Positions 58,185 to 64,000 of a DNA stretch of 64,000 bases are shown piece by piece; positions within the stretch are counted from its first letter, which is position 1; each line of letters starts with the position of its first letter. The notes beneath the pieces are model-generated. The model ran no database searches and was not told the DNA's origin. It saw nothing but the letters and a program-made list of their open reading frames with translations. The translations under genes were made by a program, and so were the position numbers. Source of the stretch: Octopus sinensis (taxonomy: Eukaryota); the NCBI RefSeq assembly GCF_006345805.1, contig NC_043004.1:106702001-106766000 (forward strand), given 5' to 3'.

Positions 58185-58954
58185 TATATATATGCATCTA
58201 AATGTATGTATGTGTGTGTGTATGTATGTATGTATGTACGTGTGTATGTATGTATGTATGTATGTATGTATGTATGTATGTATGTATGTGCGCACACGCA
58301 TACACACACACACACACATATTTTATAAAAGTAGAGAAGTAGAACTTACGCGGATGATAAACTGATATAAAAGACAGACAAAAAGTGGGGAGCCCTGATT
58401 ATGTTACAAATGTAAAGGTTCGTTAGTTTTAAACTGAGGGCAACAGTTTGTGTTTGTGTGTCTTCATACTAATTCACATGTCTTCAAAGAAACATGTGGA
58501 TGAGTAAATGGTACGGCATTCAGAAATCTGTAATTCTTCACAGGAGTGCATGAAGAATTACAGAGCCATCTGAGGTTTTACATGGGGTATCGCATCTGTA
58601 TACGATAGAACGCTAAAAGATTCAATTATAACATGTGTGTCAGACACTCGATTACTTAATAACCTGGTTGTAGATATCCAGTAATTAATTAGATTAACTA
58701 TGATATAACATACAATCTACAGCAGCGATATTCCTTTAGAATTCTACAAAATTATATAATTATTGTAGTTGCTGTCTTTGTTGGGTGGACCTGGTCAGCG
58801 CTGTCCGAACAGACCAATTGCTTAATTATGGATGATCAAATAATTGTTTGAATGGTATTTTGCCCACTGCGATTTTCAGTTTTTCCCTTAAATTTCAATT
58901 TTATTTTTATTCTCCCCACCACCACCACCACCACCACCTCGCCATACCTCGTTT

Positions 58955-59385
58955 CAGTCATTGAACTGCAGTCATCCTGGAGTAACCGCTTTGAAAGGGT
59001 TTTGGTAAAAAAGAAAAAAAAAATGGATCCCAGTTCCCAGTATTCCATCGGTCTCTTTTGCCAGATCACTAGCTTGCCGAGACGTAAACAAACCAACAGC
59101 GATTGTTAAGCGATGATGGGGAACATGCACAAATACACACATACATACATACATACATACACACACACATACATACGTAATACATACATATATACACACA
59201 CGCACATACATAATCACAAGCGCGTGCACACACACACATACACGCGCGCACTTTCAGTTTCCACAGTTTGTCTACCAAAATCACATGCAAGGCATTGGTC
59301 GGCCCGGGGCTAGTAGAAGACACTTGGCCCAGGTACCTTGCTGTGGGACTGAACCCGAAACCACATGGTTGCAAAGCGAGCTAAG
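58955..59385 (-). mobile_element. SINE family B
   Basis: ggcattggtcggcccggggctagtagaagacacttggcccagg..gggactgaacccgaaaccacatgg. Confidence 0.85.
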
Positions 59386-59440
59386 GCCACGAAATACCGG
59401 ATTCGTTAGAGCATGGGAAAGAATACCTAGAGATATTTGT

Positions 59441-59441
<1 letters not shown>

Positions 59442-59508
<67 letters not shown>

Positions 59509-59540
59509 CTCTCTCTCTCTTTCTCTCTCTCCTCTCTCTT

Positions 59541-59590
<50 letters not shown>
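59442..59590. repeat. (CT)n microsatellite
   Basis: Direct reading. Confidence 0.95.
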
Positions 59591-59595
<5 letters not shown>

Positions 59596-59639
59596 CCTGA
59601 GTTCAAGTCCCACCTTTTATCCTTCTGAGGTTCTTTAAG

Positions 59640-59880
59640 AAAACTACCAGTCCAGTGCTGTGGTGCACAGAGCTGGTTTTCCGGTTCTTCAGGCATATGT
59701 ATATTCCTGCCTGGGCGGGACACCGATTCGTCAAAGGATTACTCATTTTTTACCAGTTGAATTAACTGGAGCAAAGTGAAATGAAGTGTTTTGCTCAAGA
59801 ACACAGCACATCACCCAGTCCAGGGATCGAAACCACAGTCTTACGATCATGAGTCTTAACCACTAAGCCCTGCACCTCTA
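59640..59880 (-). mobile_element. SINE family D
   Basis: tactcatttttaccag..actggagcaaagtgaaatgaagtgttttgctcaagaacac..cagggatcgaaacc. Confidence 0.8.
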
Positions 59881-60546
59881 CTCATCCAGTGCGGTGGGTT
59901 AACGAAATTACTCAAGCGGCGGTCGAGATGCTTTGCAGCGTCTGCTTTAGATCGTGCGTTCTGGGTTCAAATTCCATCCCAACGTCAACGGGAAACGGTG
60001 ACTCTTCTTTCAAGAGTTCATCCGACACATGGTATCAGTAATTTGAAAAATCAGAGGACAGGGAGTTTGATTCGTTCGATCGGAAGATCGACTGACGCCG
60101 CCACCACCACTTAGTCGACGGGGGTAGCTCAGCACTCCTAGATTAGAGGAAGAGAGAAATTATCAGAGGTGACTCAAACTAAATGCACCGGTTTTATGGC
60201 TTATTCAAAAGAAAGGCAACGTCGATAACATTTTGCAGAAGAGAAAAGTTAAAAGAAAATCGACCACAGTTAAAGGAAGCGGCGTTTCGGTGTATCTAAT
60301 TATTCTCAGTATCAGAAAACTTGAGCCAAATACTTATAACGGGGTTAACTCTGCTAAAGGCGCCTAAGATTCAGGTGATGGCACTAAACCGGACGACAAA
60401 CTAAATGTAACAGGCCCTGTCGGAATAGTGAGGTTCATACAGAGGGTGTGCATCTTGCGTTTTTGATGTTTGATGCTTGTGGCGAGAAAGTTATGCAGAG
60501 AGGAAACTATGTACGAGTGTAGTTTCAGAGATTGCTATTTGAAAGT

Positions 60547-60746
60547 GTGACCGTGTGGTTAGAGGTTTGCTTCTCAGCCACGTCGTTCCGGATTCAGTCC
60601 CATTCTGTAGCACCTTGTGTAAGTGTTTTCTACTATAGTCTCGGACCGATCAAAACCTTGTAAGTGGATTTGGTAGACGGAAATCTGAAAGAAGCCCGCC
60701 AACCCATGCCAGCATGGAAAACTGACATTAAAGAATGATGATGATG

Positions 60747-60779
<33 letters not shown>

Positions 60780-61012
60780 CGTGTGTGAGAGAGAGTGTGT
60801 GTATGTTTGTGTTTGTCCCTCACCACCACTTGATAACCGATGTCGGTTTGATTACATCCCCGTAATCCTACGGTTCAGCAAAAGCGACCGATAGAATAAG
60901 TACCAGACTTTAAAAAAAGTATTGGGGTCTATTCGTTCGACTAAAAACTCTTCGAGGCGGTGCCCCAGCATGGCCTCAGTCCAATGACCGAAACAAGCAA
61001 GCAAAAAGATAA
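60547..61012 (+). mobile_element. SINE family B (possibly two pieces)
   Basis: gtgtgaccgtgtggttag..ggattcagtccc..ggatttggtagacggaaa..ccgatagaataagtaccag. Confidence 0.85.
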
Positions 61013-61689
61013 AATCCAGTAAGGATTAACGGAGTCGGAGCAGACAGTTTGCTGGTTCGTAATTGTTGAAGTAAGTCTAGAATAAACAGCGAGTGGGTCT
61101 TCTACGCGCGATGGAAGGCAAAGATGAGATTTAAACTCAGCGAGGCGAACAAATACACGCCAACAACTCTATCAATTAGACACCTATTGTTCTCAATGTT
61201 CCTGTTTTTTATCTAATTTTTGCATTTTTAGCTATTTATTTATTTATTTATTGTGGACTAATCAGAGAAGTGAGAGACATACTTAGGTTCCTTGCTTCCG
61301 AGACTGGTGGAAAAGAACAAGGGAAACGCGAGGTGATGCTAGTGTTAATCTGGACGTCGAATTCAAGTCAGACGCTCTAAAATACAGAAATAGTTCTTCT
61401 GATAGCTTGATTATTTTCCAAACTACGGAAAGTTATTGTGATTTAACCTCGAGACCCATTTTTACGGTGTGTCTATTTAAACTTTTAGTTACGATTCATT
61501 ACACATATTTGTGAATTGTGTAAGGATCTGTTCAGTATGTCATAGAATATGCGAGTGACGGGTTATGCAAAAAATTGAAACTATATACACGAAAAACGAA
61601 ATATGATATAAATATATTTCCATATCACATAAGTAAGGAAAGTTTTTTTGTTTTTTTTGAAGGCGGAAACTATTAATTGGTTACTACAA

Positions 61690-61855
61690 GTGATAGCATG
61701 TCAGTGTGGTTAAGGCGTTCACTTTGCAACCGAGATATTCCGGGTTCGGTCTCATTGCGTGGCATCTTATACAAGTGTCTTCTACCTGTCAGAGCCTCGA
61801 GTTGAGCAAAATAATAAGAGTGAAATTTAATATATGAAACTATGGAAACCAGTTG
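61690..61855 (+). mobile_element. SINE family B head, degenerate
   Basis: gtgtggttaagg..ccgggttcggtctcattgcgtggcatcttatacaagtgtcttctac. Confidence 0.65.
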
Positions 61856-61894
61856 TTTCCATAGTTGTATACACACCCAACACGCACATACACA

Positions 61895-61928
61895 CATACA
61901 TGCATACATTCATACATACATACATACA

Positions 61929-61962
<34 letters not shown>

Positions 61963-62162
61963 CATACATACATACATATAGACATACACACATACATACA
62001 TACATACTACATACATACATACAGTGGAAGCAATATTATCGATAATGGGCGAAATTGCGCTTGACCCTCTGGCCGATAACTGGTGACCTTCTGTGTTTCC
62101 TATTCGCCTGTGTATTTACTATATGTTCATTTGTTTATTACACGTTCTTTTTCTTTAAATTT

Positions 62163-62249
<87 letters not shown>

Positions 62250-62295
62250 TGTATGTATATGTGTATGTATGTATGTATGTGTGTGTATGTATGTA
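61895..62295. repeat. (CATA)n, (CA)n, (TA)n, (TATG)n microsatellites
   Basis: Direct reading. Confidence 0.9.
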
Positions 62296-63552
62296 TAAGT
62301 ATGCTATATTTTCCGTTTGTTGTCTCCTTTTTATTTAACCCTGATATTATTTATCTAATGCACGCACACCTTAGATTTTTACATATATTTTTTATTTCAA
62401 GCAGCCACAACCGGGTTGCGCTTCAACACTCACGTTAAGAATCATCTTTAATTAAGTCCTCAATTTCGCATTGTGCCTCTCTGCCAATTACATCAATGTA
62501 GTTGAATGCTCTGCATCTTCTTTTAGGATGCAGATATAACATATGGTATGGCCAAGTATTTATCTCGATAGCTGCAACCAGTAAAGTCTACTCTACATTG
62601 AGCAACACGAGTAGGGATGGCTGGAATGTGTCTTCAAACCTCTTTGTTCGTTTTGAGCTCGCGCGTTGAGATGTCTTGATCCTGCAAGAAAAGTGTCGTA
62701 TATACATCACATGAGGCAACGTGAAGGTCTTTCATAGTCCAAGTTTTGACTTCACAAAAGAATGCTCTTTCAACATTCCTTGATAAGGAATGGCCTTTAA
62801 AATAATTGATTGAAAAACAGTGGTCAGTACTTAATTGTTTTGTGTCTGCCTTTATCCATATATTGTCTGTCCATCAAAGATAACATGTTCTAAAGTTAAC
62901 AAGACTAACCAAGGTGACGAAGTTATAAAAAAAAGGAAATATTTAACTATGCACCAGAATATTGAAATAATATAGTGCTCTTCAATAATGTGTTATTAAG
63001 AAACAAATATATCATTTATTGGAATTTACGGTTCATTTTAGATACAAGTAAAATTATTGAATATTAACAAAGAAAATAGTAAAAACTTTCAGAAATAGAT
63101 GTAGTTATTATTTAAGAGGTTCCGGGCATTGTGATCCGTGTGTATTCGAATTTCAGAATCAATGGTCGCCAAAACAATAGAAACAGTATCATGAAGAAAT
63201 GGGCATCACGGACGATTGCGTATTTTCTGTTCGGCGGTCAGTGACGTGACTAGAGGGTGTGCTGCCCAAGACGGCCTCTGAGTCCTCCCCTCCTGAGAAC
63301 CCCTGGCTTATAGAGCAGATCCGAAACTGCTACCCCTAAAAAGCACCGCTCTGGATGGACTGGTCTTTCCCCTAACTATGGTACTGTGATAGGCTTAGAA
63401 GATTTAAAATAGAATGTAACATTCGTAAGCTTAATTTCTCTCCGACCGGCTAATAGAATTTGACAGATACTGAAACTATTGGAAAATACAAATTATTTGA
63501 TGATTAAGTTAAAAAAAAGAAAAGATTACTAACTATCTAAACTCTAAGATTT

Positions 63553-63965
63553 AAGGTGTGTGGCCGAGTGGTTAGGGTGTTGTACTCGTGATCACAAAGT
63601 CATGGTTTCCATTCCTGGACCAAGCAATGTGATGTGATCTTGAGCAAAATATTTCATACCACATTGCCACTCACAAGATCATGCTTCGCATTCCTGGATC
63701 GAGTGGTGTGCTGTGTTCTTGAGCAAAATATTTCATACCACATTGCCACTCACAAGATCATGCTTCGCATTCCTGGATCGAGTGGTGTGCTGTGTTCTTG
63801 AGCAAAATATTTTATGCCATGTTGCTCTTGTCCACTAAGTTATGAACGAGTTCCAGCGATCATTGGGAAGTTAGCCCTGCGACGGGCCAGCATCACGTTT
63901 AGAATATGTATTGTAATTTTAATCATTTATAAGCCATGGAAACAGGTTAAGCTCTGGCCTTATGA
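63553..63965 (+). mobile_element. SINE family D with an internal 79-bp tandem amplification
   Basis: Head aaggtgtgtggccgagtggttaggg; tcttgagcaaaatattt recurs at 63638, 63717 and 63796. Confidence 0.8.
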
Positions 63966-64000
63966 GTGCTAGGACTCATGAAAGAAAGAAGAGATTTAAT

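Noticed and set aside
63240-63400. GC-rich island with small hairpins
   Set aside because: Could not match a ribozyme core or a repeat family from sequence alone.

Overview
Eukaryotic, AT-rich, microsatellite-dense, essentially non-genic DNA. The SINE families and repeat landscape look cephalopod (Octopus-like); this is an inference from remembered repeat sequences, not a database search. No intact host gene is recognisable, and most ORFs in the track are microsatellite artefacts. Main contents: an ~8.3 kb polypurine tract and a 100-N gap (9337-9436); three mariner families and hAT-Charlie pieces; RTE, R4/Dong-like and CR1-type LINE fragments; many Penelope-like element (PLE) relics; at least four tRNA-type SINE families. 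The most striking signal is a set of hammerhead-ribozyme motifs in short non-coding repeats. One family occurs twice in circularly permuted order (30.6-31.0 kb and 52.0-52.3 kb), and in the first copy the hammerhead forms the loop of a 138-bp foldback. This is the footprint expected of a retrozyme or pLTR-like element replicating through tandem or circular RNA. Other notable structures are a tRNA-containing foldback, a twin-priming-type RTE inversion, bipartite RTE derivatives nested in SINEs with target-site duplications (TSDs), and a co-oriented train of (TAA)n-targeted retroelements.
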